From NCBI RefSeq assembly GCF_964204645.1, contig NC_134034.1:6360914-6424913 (forward strand): DNA of 64,000 nucleotides. The letters run 5' to 3'. The notes under the pieces are model-generated. The model had not been told where the DNA came from. It searched no databases and saw only the letters and a program-made list of their open reading frames with translations. Shown piece after piece: positions 12,301 to 24,300 of this stretch. Source of the DNA: Tubulanus polymorphus. Taxonomy: Eukaryota > Animalia > Nemertea. A program made the position numbers and the translations under genes. Numbering within the stretch: position 1 is the first letter of the stretch; every line of letters begins with the position of its first letter.

Positions 12301-15300
12301 TACTATGGACATTTCGAAAATGAAGGTTTGTTGATCGTTTCTTTCGAATCCTCGAATCCTTAGGCCTATATTTCCTTTCCTATTTTACCACCTATACAAG
12401 CTCCTGTATTTTTCATTCCGGATGACTAAATTCAGTCATAACCAGAAAAAGTACCATTAACACGGGTAGGCCTAGTCTTGTGTAGTAGTCTTTATATGGT
12501 ACCTAATTCAATTCAATATTTTATTGGAAGTGCATATTTTCATTTAAATCACGATTTAGGTATAGCAATACCAACTACGAGGTATATGTTGCCTAGAGAT
12601 GCAAATTCTGTAAAATTTGCTCTCCTTCAAGCACAAAATATGTTCATCTGATAAATAAATCCTCATTTTGAACAAAATATTGTCGAAGTGGATATTAAAC
12701 CGTGGCCTATGGCAAAGTATTTACTTCCGCTCTTTTACCGTACATTATTACTATATATATAGTATTAACTAATAGAATTAACAATTAAATCATTATATTG
12801 GGTTTAAGGTAGTCTAATGTCTATTTCAACCTGACTTGAGAGCATTCCTGGTGGCCTAGCTCAGTCAGTTTTGGTAGTACATACCTGATAGAAGTCTTAT
12901 TAGGAACAGAATGCATTGGCATATGACCTAAAATATCGTTTTTTAATCCACTTTAAACTGTATTGAAGGATATCCAGAAAATCTGCATTGAGAGGGGTTC
13001 CTGAGAGAAAAGAGACTCCATGATTTCAAAGTTTAACAATATGTCTCCATGCCTACCAAGTGAAGTTTGGTACGTAGGCATGGAAACATATTGTTAAACT
13101 TTCAAATCCTGGAGTCACTTCTTTTCATTTAACCCGTGGAGACTTTAAGGATATCCTTCAATACAGTTTCGAATTAATTAAAAAATGATGATTTAGGTCG
13201 ACTGCCTGTCCTTTCTGGTCCTATTAAGACCTTTGTCAGGTATGTCCCACCAAAAATTGGCGAGCTAGGCCACCGGAATGCTCTCAAGTCAGGTTGAAAT
13301 AGACATTAGTACCTAGCCGTTGTTCCTCAAACAATGTCTAGGGCGAAAGTGCTCATATAAGGTTAATTTTCGTCCCTCATTTTGAGGGATGAGGCTTTGA
13401 GCGTCTATTTCACCCCTTAGGCCTAAAGCACCCTCAACTTACCTCAAACTGACTGTTCTGTAATCAGATGGAAGTTAACTATTGTTTGTGCATAAATTTG
13501 TAATCCTAAGTAGCTCTGACGATCGTAGTAGCTCAAAACTTTTGACTAGTCACCTCAAAAATCAGTTGAAGTGAAGCACCATAACAAATATGGCGGCTTT
13601 TCGTGGTGCATGGTGGGAGTGTAAATAACAGATTCGGACTTAAACTTGGACTGACATTGATGCCAATGCAGATATCATTCTTGTTTCAAATACTTATGGT
13701 TAAAATTGACCAAAATTGATGCGCTTTATCAACAAAAAATAACATATAGAGTTATTTTAGAGAGATTTATTGAGTTTTCACATTTCATTCATTTAGTCCG
13801 TATTGGAAATCCCGATAGTGGCAATCACTACAATTCAAATCAAATCAATAAATTCTCCGGTTCGTGATTTAAATCATCAAAAATTTGGTAAGGTGAGGTA
13901 CTATAGATAGTTAAAACATTTGGGTGGTTTTCAGCGAGCTCGGTGGTTTAGTGGTATGACGCTGCGCTAGTAATTTACTGGCCCGGGTTCGAGTCTCGCT
14001 CTATTTTATCTATCCCTGATCTCCACACTCTACTTGAATTTTGGCTGATTTACACCGCACAGAGGTGCACGACTTTACGATTTAAGGATAGTGTGGAGCG
14101 AGATCAGAGTTCAATCAATTTGAATTCGATAAAATTGTCCAGATCGAGAGGAATTCGGACCTGGCCCAGCGTATTCCTAGCCCAACTTTTTTCCACTAGT
14201 AGACCACCGAGCTCCTTGCAATCCAAGCGTAAGTTTTAATTACATAGGCCTATAGCACTGAACCTTACCAGTCCCTATCCTTAGGGGTAAAATGGACCCT
14301 TACCCTCTAGACCCTAACCCTAACGAAACCCTGTCCCTAATCCCAATATAGTGATTTTATTGTTACTTTTATTAGTCCACTTGGGAATTTAGTCCCAGCG
14401 GGCTATTGCGTTCACTTTTCGTCCGTCGTCCATCCGTAGACGGAATCTAGCTATTTTGCTAAGTTTTGAAGACGCTTCAAGGTAATGTCTTGATATTTGG
14501 TTAATACATGTATCTACCCTAGACACATCTTCAGCCCAAAAACTGGCCCTGTCAGAATCAAGATGACCGACTGGCAGCCATTGTTGTTCGCCAAAATCAG
14601 CACTTTTTACATGTTTTTGAAATTTTTTAGGGAAATTTTGAAGACGCCTTGATCTTTCGTATATATTTGTAAATTTTAAAATTTAACGCCCCTCAGAGTG
14701 TCTGAGACAGAAAATCACACTGGAATTTATGAAAAGTCACAGATGGTTTTAATGCTGGACACCAAATATTACAATAAATCTATCAACGAAAACTGGGCGA
14801 ATGGCTCAGTTACTATGATGGTTGTCCATTTTTTGAAAAAACTGACGACGACCTACGCACTGGAGAGAATGAATGCATGAACACTTACATGCAGATTTTT
14901 TAGAAAATAAAGCGAGACGATTTTGAAGCGTAAAATCTATTTTGATGAAATCAAATGGTTTTGATGAAATCAAATGGGACATATAAGATATTTTACAAGC
15001 AACAGCGCCGAGGCGGCGCGGCGCGTAGTGAGAAGAACATGCCTCAACATGTGGCTTAGTTGTAGTTTTCCAGGAAACCAGGTACTAGGCACTTGGCCAG
15101 GGATATGAATACATTATCACACTCACGTTGAGGCTGACTATCACCGCTACATAAGACTTTGATGTGTTACCTTTACTCAGCTCAAAGAAAATCCTACTAG
15201 ATATATATGACACAATATCAATGATGCAGTCAACAAAAATGTATATAAACTTCATTTGTACATACATTTATTGATGATCCACAGATGCTAAACAAACTTT

Positions 15301-18300
15301 ATTGATCAGAGACACGTGCCATATGCAGCGCGCGCTCGTAGATACTGATAGTAGGCTCCGAACGCTGAGCTGCCAATCATTGTAGAGACCGCCGTTATCT
15401 TAGAAGTTGGCTACGTTCCAACTACTAGAACATTTCACGCATCCGATTTCACAACTTTGTCGGCACACGGTGATTTAGCTTCCCGTAAATTACGCATACC
15501 ACAACAAAACCGAAAAAAAATTTAAGCAGGGCAGTAAAAACATTAGGCAGGGCGGCATTAAATTTTAGCAGGGCGACTCGCCCTGCTAAAACAGCCCATA
15601 GAGAACACTGCTTTTAAGTGTCCAAAAATGTCAATTTTGGCCCGAATTCTGAGTCCTGTAGCTTCCTACTGGTTTGCCATTTCTCATTGCAATTGCTGAT
15701 GGGTATTCTTTGGAAAGGGTTGTTTTAAACCTGAGACCGGTATTTTTGATCAGCCAATTATGATGTCATTGGCGGTTATCTTGGTGTCATCAGTACTCAT
15801 TGGTAGGTGGGAAAAAGTTTTTCGACATTATATTGACATATAACTGGCTATAATATGACTGGCTACACACCCACTGCTGCTGTTGGTCTCCTTACCGGTG
15901 GCAATGAAATGCCGTCGGTGAATTTATTTCTATTATTGCCGTAGGTGATATGAATAACCCGCGGCACACCTGGTTCACAATATAGGTCAGCCGTCAATCA
16001 CCCGCAGTTCTTGACGCTGCATTATAAGGCTGGCTTATGTCGACAAGCAACGCGACGCCTACCGACGCAACTGGGTTTATCGCCGATTAGCGGCCTACGA
16101 GAGGCCGCCAGTTGCTCCTCAATCGGTTCGACATAAGCCGGCTTGCGGCGGCAACGCAACGCCTACCGACTCGTCGCAAGCCGTATCCGGCTAGTTGCCC
16201 ATGTTCTACTCCGGCCTACGGTAGGTGGGCAGTTGCTTTCGATCACAGCCGACATAAGCTCATCTGCGACGCGACGGAACTGAGCGCAGGGGTTCCAGCC
16301 AATGAGAGACCACATATACATAGTTAAAATTATCACCGCTAGTTAGTCATTCGTAATTAGTCATAAACTTTCAAATTCAAGTTAAAAGTAAACCAAACCT
16401 TCAGCACAGCAGAGGACTGGACCGAAGATCTAGAAACGAAATTGGTAGAATTATGGTGTGAGCGGCCATCTTTATAGATGTCGCTAGCACGTTGTATTCA
16501 AAACAGAATCAGAAAGATCAAAGTCTTAAAGAAATAGCTTTTCTAATAGAAATATATTTCCTAATAATTCAAATTTATTCGCAAAATGCTTATCACGTGA
16601 CCATTTGAGCCGTTGCAGTTGCCAGTAATCGTAACCGACATAAGCAGGGAAGCAACTGGGAGGATCTCGTATCCCGATAGTCGGCCTCAGTTGCTGCGAA
16701 TCGGAGCGCAGTCGACATAAGCTGGGCTGGGATCGCGGTTGTTCTCAGTTGCATCGGTAGGAGTCGGTAGGCGTCGCGTTGCTTGTCGACATAAGCCAGC
16801 CTATAAAATATAAATTAGCGCTGCCACTTGACCTGTTTATCTAACTTCAGTCAGAGCTCCATCCAGATTTACTGATAAAAACAATGCCCAGCATACATCT
16901 ATAAGAAATACGGGCGGCGTCAGCAGTGAGCCGTGCGTGTGTCTGTGTATATAGGTTTCAATAATCGCATGTATACAACAGTCACGGGGATGAATAGACA
17001 CATCAGCTCGGCGACTATTGTGCTTCGTGTTTTTCAGCCTCTTACATCCTCAATTAAGACAAACGAATTGACAAATCAGTGAATTAAATTATCTGACGAA
17101 GGGTAATTGGGCGAGTTTCATTAGATCTAACTTATGTATTTTTAGGCTAAAAACTGCCATTGGCTTAAATTCAGCATTATCCCCTTCAAATTTGTTTAGT
17201 TTGGAATGGTTTTATCTTTTATTAATTTTATGATTTATTACTAGGCCTACCTTGAACCTAATTTGTATCACATCTTAATAAAATAAGTATCTTTGTTGTT
17301 CTGGATTCTCTCACTCTTTCTATTTAATCAATAACTGACATTGTATTATTTAAGTACCCCTAGCATGCCTTTAATTAGTTTTTAGTTTGTAACTCTTTTA
17401 TTCCTTTTATTCTACCCCTGTGTAGAATATTATTTAGAAGTTTTATTCATTCTGTGTCAAATTTTTTGCCGTGGGTTTTTCGATTTACGGAGGCAAATTG
17501 GGATTCTAAAATGCTGATGGTCTTTGGTAAAATGCTCTTGCTCCAGGTCTGATTTTCCCAAATTCGAGGCCTGCTGTATGGTCACCAGGGGGCGTTGAAT
17601 AGTAGAATAACCTAGTATTTCCTTATTATATTGGTACCTAGGCATATTTTGTTACCATGATCAATTGCAAAGTTGTAGTTCATGACATGTTCTATCATTG
17701 TGGTGAGTTACAAGGTTATTGGGTTTTGAATATGGTCACCAGGGGGCATTGAATAGTAGAATAACATATATTTTCGTATTAGATTGGTGACAAGGCATAT
17801 TTTGTTTTCACAATCAATTACAAAGTCGTAGCTGCTGACATGTTCTATGATTGTGGTGAGTTTCAAGGTCATTGGTTTTTGTATATGGTCACCAGGGGCG
17901 TTGAATATTGAAATTGTTAGAATGTTGAGCATTTGAAACCACTTCTTAAGGAGGCATGGTGTCCCTGGACCCCTAGTTAGTTTTATGATATATAGGGTAC
18001 GGTCAAATTGTGGAAGTAAGTACTTTGCCATATGGGCCTACGGCTAAATATCCATTTCTAATAGGCCTATAAGATATTGCGCTTTGATCGATGCATCATT
18101 TGTTCATTAGGAAACTTGATTCAGCCCTTGTTTTTACGTTGGAGACTATGGGCCAGTTGCTCAAAAGTTGGTAAAAGATAACCATCCGTTAAATACCATA
18201 GTAACAATGAAATTTCAATTGTCACCATATCAGCTATCCACTAGTTAACTCTAACCAACTTTTGAGCAACCGGCCCCATATAGGTAGGCCTATTGTATGT

Positions 18301-21300
18301 AGTAAAAATCCACAGGGACTTGTCACATTGATAGTGAAAACCAGTATCAATGACCAACCCAATATCCTTGTATAGGAAAAACAAGGATGGCAACTAACTG
18401 ACTTATCGTCAATCTGAAAATTACCTCTCCACTTCAATCGCCTGGAATTCTATGTCTGCTATTCTTCCATTTCCAGCATCCAGCATTGTTGTTTTCTACT
18501 GACTTTGCCGAGCGGCGGTCATATGAAATGGTCCAACTTTTCAATTCTTTTATAAAAAATTGCCCGAAATGTTCCTTTCAAATAGCCTCGAAAAGCCTGA
18601 AATTCAGACTGGCCTGGAAGCTATGAACCATGTCTAGCATGATATTTCAGTATTTGGTGTTAAGGCATTTTTGGTTGGCCTTCCACAATCAATTGCTTAA
18701 TTGTTGCTCATGTCATGATTGTTGCTCATGTCAATTTGATTATATTGAGTGTCCAGGTCATTGGTTTACCGGTATGTTGAATATTTGTCGAGCATTTGAC
18801 CAAGTGGGCATTTCTTCATTCCTTATATTTAACCTATTATTTTACCTAACATTCAGAATTATGCACCAGTCAATGGAAGTCCCGTCCTACGGGGGCTGGG
18901 AAAGGAAAATTAGCGACCCATAGCACCGAACAGAGGTGATCCAGAAAAAAAAAAAGAATAGATCGCATACCGGTAACAGCGCAGCTTTTGCCACTAGTCC
19001 TTGTGTACGGACCCAATCCACAGCGTCAAATAGCGCCGATGTCCTCTCCCACAATGTCGACCCATAGCGATTCACAGCGCTAGCTAGTGCCATCTTCAAC
19101 CACAAACTTTTTATTTCCATAAATTCATATTTTTACCGTTTTTAAGAGCTCAATGAGATCACTTTTTTCAAACATTGGTTTGTAATATTTTTCTGATGAT
19201 ATCATTAAATCTTGACAAATCGTACTAAAAGTAAAATGTGTTTTCGTACTGAAAAGTGTTAATGAATAAATCTTGAAATGATTATGAAATTGTATAAATT
19301 TTAATGGAGAAAACTATGCTGAATACATGCTAAAGCTTTTTACAGTAAACCTCGCACAAGTCGGATCATTTGGGACCAGGCAAGCAAAAAAAATCTGAGT
19401 TAGAAAAAATCCGACTATGGGCAAGTCGGCTTTTTTACTTTTTAGCTCCGCTGTGATGGAAGGAGCTAATGGGTTAGTGTGTGAGCCGTCGTTGTCCGTC
19501 TGTTTGTTCGTACGTGTGTCTGTCAACTTTCTCTTCAAATCGCTCCTAGTCCTACATTTTTTCAGAGTTTCCATTTCTTCAAATCGCTATTTTTCCTACA
19601 GTTTTAATCAGATCAATTCCAAATTTAGTGTGAATGTTCTATGGACCTAGGCCTATAAAGTCAATGAGCAATTTTTAGCCCACTTGGGACTTTAGTCCCA
19701 GCGGGCTATTGCATTCACTTTTCGTCTGTCCGAAGACGGAATCCAGTTATTTTGGGAAGTTTTGAAGACGCTTCAAGGTAATGTCTTGACATTTGGTTTA
19801 TAAATGTATCTACCCTAGACACATCTTCAGCCCAAAAACTGGCCCTGTCAGAATCAAGATGGCTGACTGGCAGCCATAGTTGTTCGTCAAAATCAGCACT
19901 TTTTACACTTTTTGAGGGAAATTTTGAAGACTCTTGAAAAAATAACCTTGGTCTTTCGTATATATTTGAATCCCCCAAGGACCCATCACCATAAGAAAAA
20001 TTTGGTCGATTGGACTCAAGATGGCTGTCCTATGACCTTTTTACTGCCCAAAAATTGTCAATTTTGGCCCAAATTCTGAGTCCTGTAGCTTCCTACTGGT
20101 TTGCCATTTCTCATTGCAATTTGTGATGGGTATTCTTTGGACAGGGATATTTTATACCGGAGCAAGGTATTTTTGATCGACCAATTATGACGCAATTGGC
20201 GGCCATCTTGGTATCATCTTGGTATCATCAGTACTCATTCGTAGGTGGGAAAAAGTTTTTCCACATTATTTTGATACCTAAGCATATTTTGTTACCACAA
20301 TCAATTGCAAAGTTGTAGCTCATGACATCGTCTATGATTGTGGTGAGTTTTAAGGCTATTAGTTATTCTATATGGTCACCAGGGGGCATTGAATAGTTGA
20401 ATAACTTAGTATTTCCTTATTAGATTGGTATCTAGGCATATTTTGTTACCATGATCAATTGCAAAATTGTAGTTCATGACATGTTCTATGATTGTGGTGA
20501 GTTTCAAGGTCATTTGGTATTGCATATGGTCACCAGGGGGCGTTGAATAGTAGAATAAGTTAGTATTTCCATATTAAATTGGTAACGAGGCATATTTAGG
20601 CATATTATGTGATCACAATCAATTACAAAATCGTAGCTGCTGACATGTTCTATGATTGTGGTGAGTTTCAAAGTCATTGGTTTTTGTATATGGTCACCAG
20701 GGGGCATTGAATATTGAAATGGTTAGATTGTTGAGCACTGGAAACCACTTCCCAAGTGTGCATGGTGTCCCAGGACCCCTAGTTTGGATTCGTCCCCCTG
20801 GGGGTGGAGTTTCTATTATTTTCAAATCGCTACTCGTCCTACAGTTTTAATCAGATCAATTCCAAATTTGGTATGAATGCTCTATGGACCAAGGCCTATG
20901 ATGTCACTGAGTCATTTTTTTATTCGTCCACCAGGGGGTGCCCCTGGGGGTGGAGTTTCTATTTCTTCAAATTTCTATTAGTCTTACAGTATAATCTGAT
21001 CAATTTCAAATTTGGTATGAATGTTCTCTGGACCAAGGCCTAGAAAGTTACCGAGCCATTTTTTATGGATTCGTCCCCCAGGGGGGCGTCCCTGGGGATG
21101 GAATTTCTTCAAATTGCTACTTGTCCTACAGTTTTAATCAGATCAATTCCAAATTTGGTATGAATGTTCTATGGACCCATGCTTATGAAGTAACAGAGCC
21201 ATTTACGGAGTTACGGAGCCATTTTTTTGGATTCATCCCCCAGGGGCGCCCCTGGGGGTGAAGTTTCTATTTCTTCAAATTGCTACTAGTCCTACAGTTT

Positions 21301-24300
21301 TAATCAGATCAATTCCAATTTTGGTATGAATGGTTTATGGACCAATGCCTATGAAGTACAGAGCCCTTTTTGGATTTGGCCAAAAGGGGACACCCCTAGG
21401 TATGCAGCTTCTATTTCTTCAAATTACACAGCGGAGCTATATAAGCCGATAGGCACCTTGTTTAGTAAGATATCGGATATGGCCATAGAAAAACGTCACT
21501 GAATGGAATAAAAATAAAACATGAAAATGAATAAAACTGATGTGTTTATTTATTCACTATTTCAACATAATATCCTGGTTATGATGAAGCCTATTTTTAA
21601 CATCTAAAAGAATATAGTGTAATTTTATACATGATTAATAAATGATCGGACTTTGAGACAATGATTTGAATGGAGTATTTATATTTTGGGATCACACTTT
21701 ACACTACAATATAGGCGAGTTTCCGACTAGTAAAATTCCCCGTATACCACGACGATCTGTAACGCACAATTCCCCGCATACTTAAGCGATCCTTAGCGGA
21801 GGAATCCCCGTGTGTAGGTGATCCATAGCGTTACGGCAGCAATAGAAATAACGTTACCGGTAGCGGGGAAAAAGTCCCGATTGAGCGATCCAAGCGCCTG
21901 CGCTAATTTTCGTTTCCCGGCACCCGGGAATGAAAGGGGACTTTCATTGACTGGTGCATTAGGTTGTCATTAGATGATGGTGAACTTTACACAAAGAAAA
22001 TGCTTGAAATGCGGCGGTCATATTATGTAATAGGCTAGCGGCAAGCGAACAGCCCTATACTTTTTGTGCCCTATGGACATTTTAGATTGCCGAGTTAAAG
22101 AAGGAATTAAAAGAACGTGGTTTATCAATGAGTGGTAATAAAAGTGATCTTCAGGAACGATTAAGAATTAGTATCGAAGAAGCTGGAGAAGTGAATGATG
22201 CAGGTAAGCATGTAAAGCTATGTGCGGCTAAGTATAAATCGTCTTATACCCACTCTGGGTAAAGCTCCTTGAAGGCTACTGCCACTTCTTGTCCACTAGG
22301 GCATCGATCTATGTATAGTGCAAATCAAGTTTTGGAAAGTCTTGATAGAGTTGCAATGAATTATCTTAGTATTTAGTTTAGCCTATAGCCTACATGTCTC
22401 CTATCCACATCTGCAGCCCAAAATTTCTAGAAAAATATAATTACTGGCTTGCAACCATCATTATTGTTTGCCAAAATCTAGCTTTTTTTCATATTTTTAG
22501 AATCAACTTTGTTGATCTTGTTGTAGTATTTTAAGTCTTGCTATGAGACGGAAGACTTCTAAGGCTTCTAATGCAACTAAGGCTAACAATGAAGGAACTG
22601 GTTACTTTCTCTGTGTCTGTCTTACAGTTTTAGCTTTGTTAATAGTTGGTTGATCTTGATGAAACGTGGTTACTATGTTAGAAAATGGGTCTAGTATTGT
22701 GCAGTGCAGAGAATAGGCCCGGTGTGCCGCGTAGTTTCAGAACTAGGCACTAAAAACTGGTTTTCCGTAATATGACCTTGAAGATGACCTCAACTGAGGA
22801 ACAGGGTGAAATTTAAATGGCTGACTTGACAAAATGTAGCTAAATATTGGCTCTTTGAATAACATATCCAAAATGCTATGGGAACTAATGCATGGTAATT
22901 TCGGAGTTTTATTTGAGCGAGAACCGTTGTGGCCTATGGCTTGTAATGATGATAATAATAATGGTAATTTAATTTTCTATAGTGATCTACAATTGGTGGA
23001 ATATACTTCTCAGGGCCGAGATATTTGGATAGTTTCTGATACTTAGTACTTCTGAAATTAGTATAGCTGCAAATAAATGTGGTTGGAATGTAGAATTCCT
23101 TTGGAAGTCTGAAATTGGGCCTATTTAAGATGAAACTACTAGTATAGAAATATGTTTAGTTAGCCTATATACACACACTCATATCAGAGTGACACAAGAT
23201 ACAGTATGGATCGATTGGTGGCCATAGAGCTCAGATGCTGTCTACTATCTACATTTTTATCGAGGAAAATAATGCAATTGTTGTGATATTCTTATTTTCA
23301 ACCCTTGGTTGGGGGGGGGGACTCTTGGATCATTCATTTAACAATTGGACCTATGAGCCTATATAGTTTTATTACTAGCCTAAAAATGAATGATATTGAA
23401 TGATATTCAATTGAAAACACTACAGATTTGCTGGCTGATGTAAGTGCTGAAGTTGATGATGATGATGTTGCTGCACTTGAGGATGAAATCCTTGATGAAA
23501 CTGTGAGTATTTACAGAGATCCCTTCCCAATGTTGACAAATGAGTGGCATAGGCCTATTGTGCTAGTCCGTGAAGAAGACATCAATGTGTATAACAATTA
23601 GTTTCACTAAGCTAATTAGGCTATGAATAATGCAGCTATCAATGTAAATCCTGACACCCCCTCACCTACCTCACACATTCGACACCTATTTGACACTTTT
23701 GATAAAAATTTCTGCCCCAGATTCAATAGAATTTCACCAAAAATAACTCACCTCTTTAGCCAGAGCTGTCTCAGAGCCTAGACAGGTTGACCGGAAACCT
23801 GGGTCCACTGAACATTATTTGGCATTACCTTTTTGGGCAAATAGCTCATTTTTAGTTTGCGTTCAGAGATATGTAGCTAATTAATGGTTTGCCAATTGCT
23901 GTTGAAATTGTTGATGGGTATACTTTGGGAAGGGATCTCTTACACATCCCACATCTATTAACTTTCAACTTTCTTCCTTGCATAATAAGATAAAAACCCA
24001 CTAGGCCTATGTACAAATTAAAAGAATTAAAAATCAAGAATTCATTTATTCAAACAATCTAAATTAAAAATACACGACGTTTCTATCTCGCCCTAGAGAT
24101 CATCGTCAGGTTTTGATCTCTAGAAGATGATCTCTAGGGTGAGGTTGAAACGTCATGTATTTTATATTTTAGATTGTTTGAATAAATAAATTCTCAATTT
24201 TACATTCTTTTAATTTGTACATAGTGGGTTTTTATCTTATTATCCGTTCACCACGTGTGGTTATCGTACTGCTGTCTTCTTTGCGTTAAGTTGACTTAAG

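Larger units (their letters stand above)
19341..21735. mobile_element. Tc1/mariner-like MITE (split by HINE2)
   Basis: Left end TA|CAGTAAACCTCGCACAAGTCGG. TCCGACTA motifs occur on both sides of HINE2. Right end is degenerate. Confidence 0.45.
18861..21959. mobile_element. TIR element hosting three nested insertions
   Basis: TIRs ATGCACCAGTCAATGGAAGTCCC and GGGACTTTCATTGACTGGTGCAT. Internal CCCATAGCG / GATCCNTAGCG subterminal repeats. Confidence 0.8.

Noticed and set aside
10787-13886. Single contiguous inverted segmental duplication with 59.4-63.6 kb
   Set aside because: The central promoter and exon 1 sequences are unrelated, the 54-bp hairpin is not inverted, and P1 occupies different sites. 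Only the repeat modules are shared.
13936-14000. Functional tRNA-Thr gene
   Set aside because: Anticodon and acceptor stems pair poorly and it is embedded in an inverted-repeat element.
14295-14345. Telomere or telomere-addition site (CCCTAA)
   Set aside because: Only 2-3 degenerate units, internal, adjacent to repeats.
19648-19655. This TAGGCCTA as an insertion scar
   Set aside because: Sister HINE2 units read GGACCAAGGCCTA, so here it arose by a single substitution. Not every occurrence is a scar.
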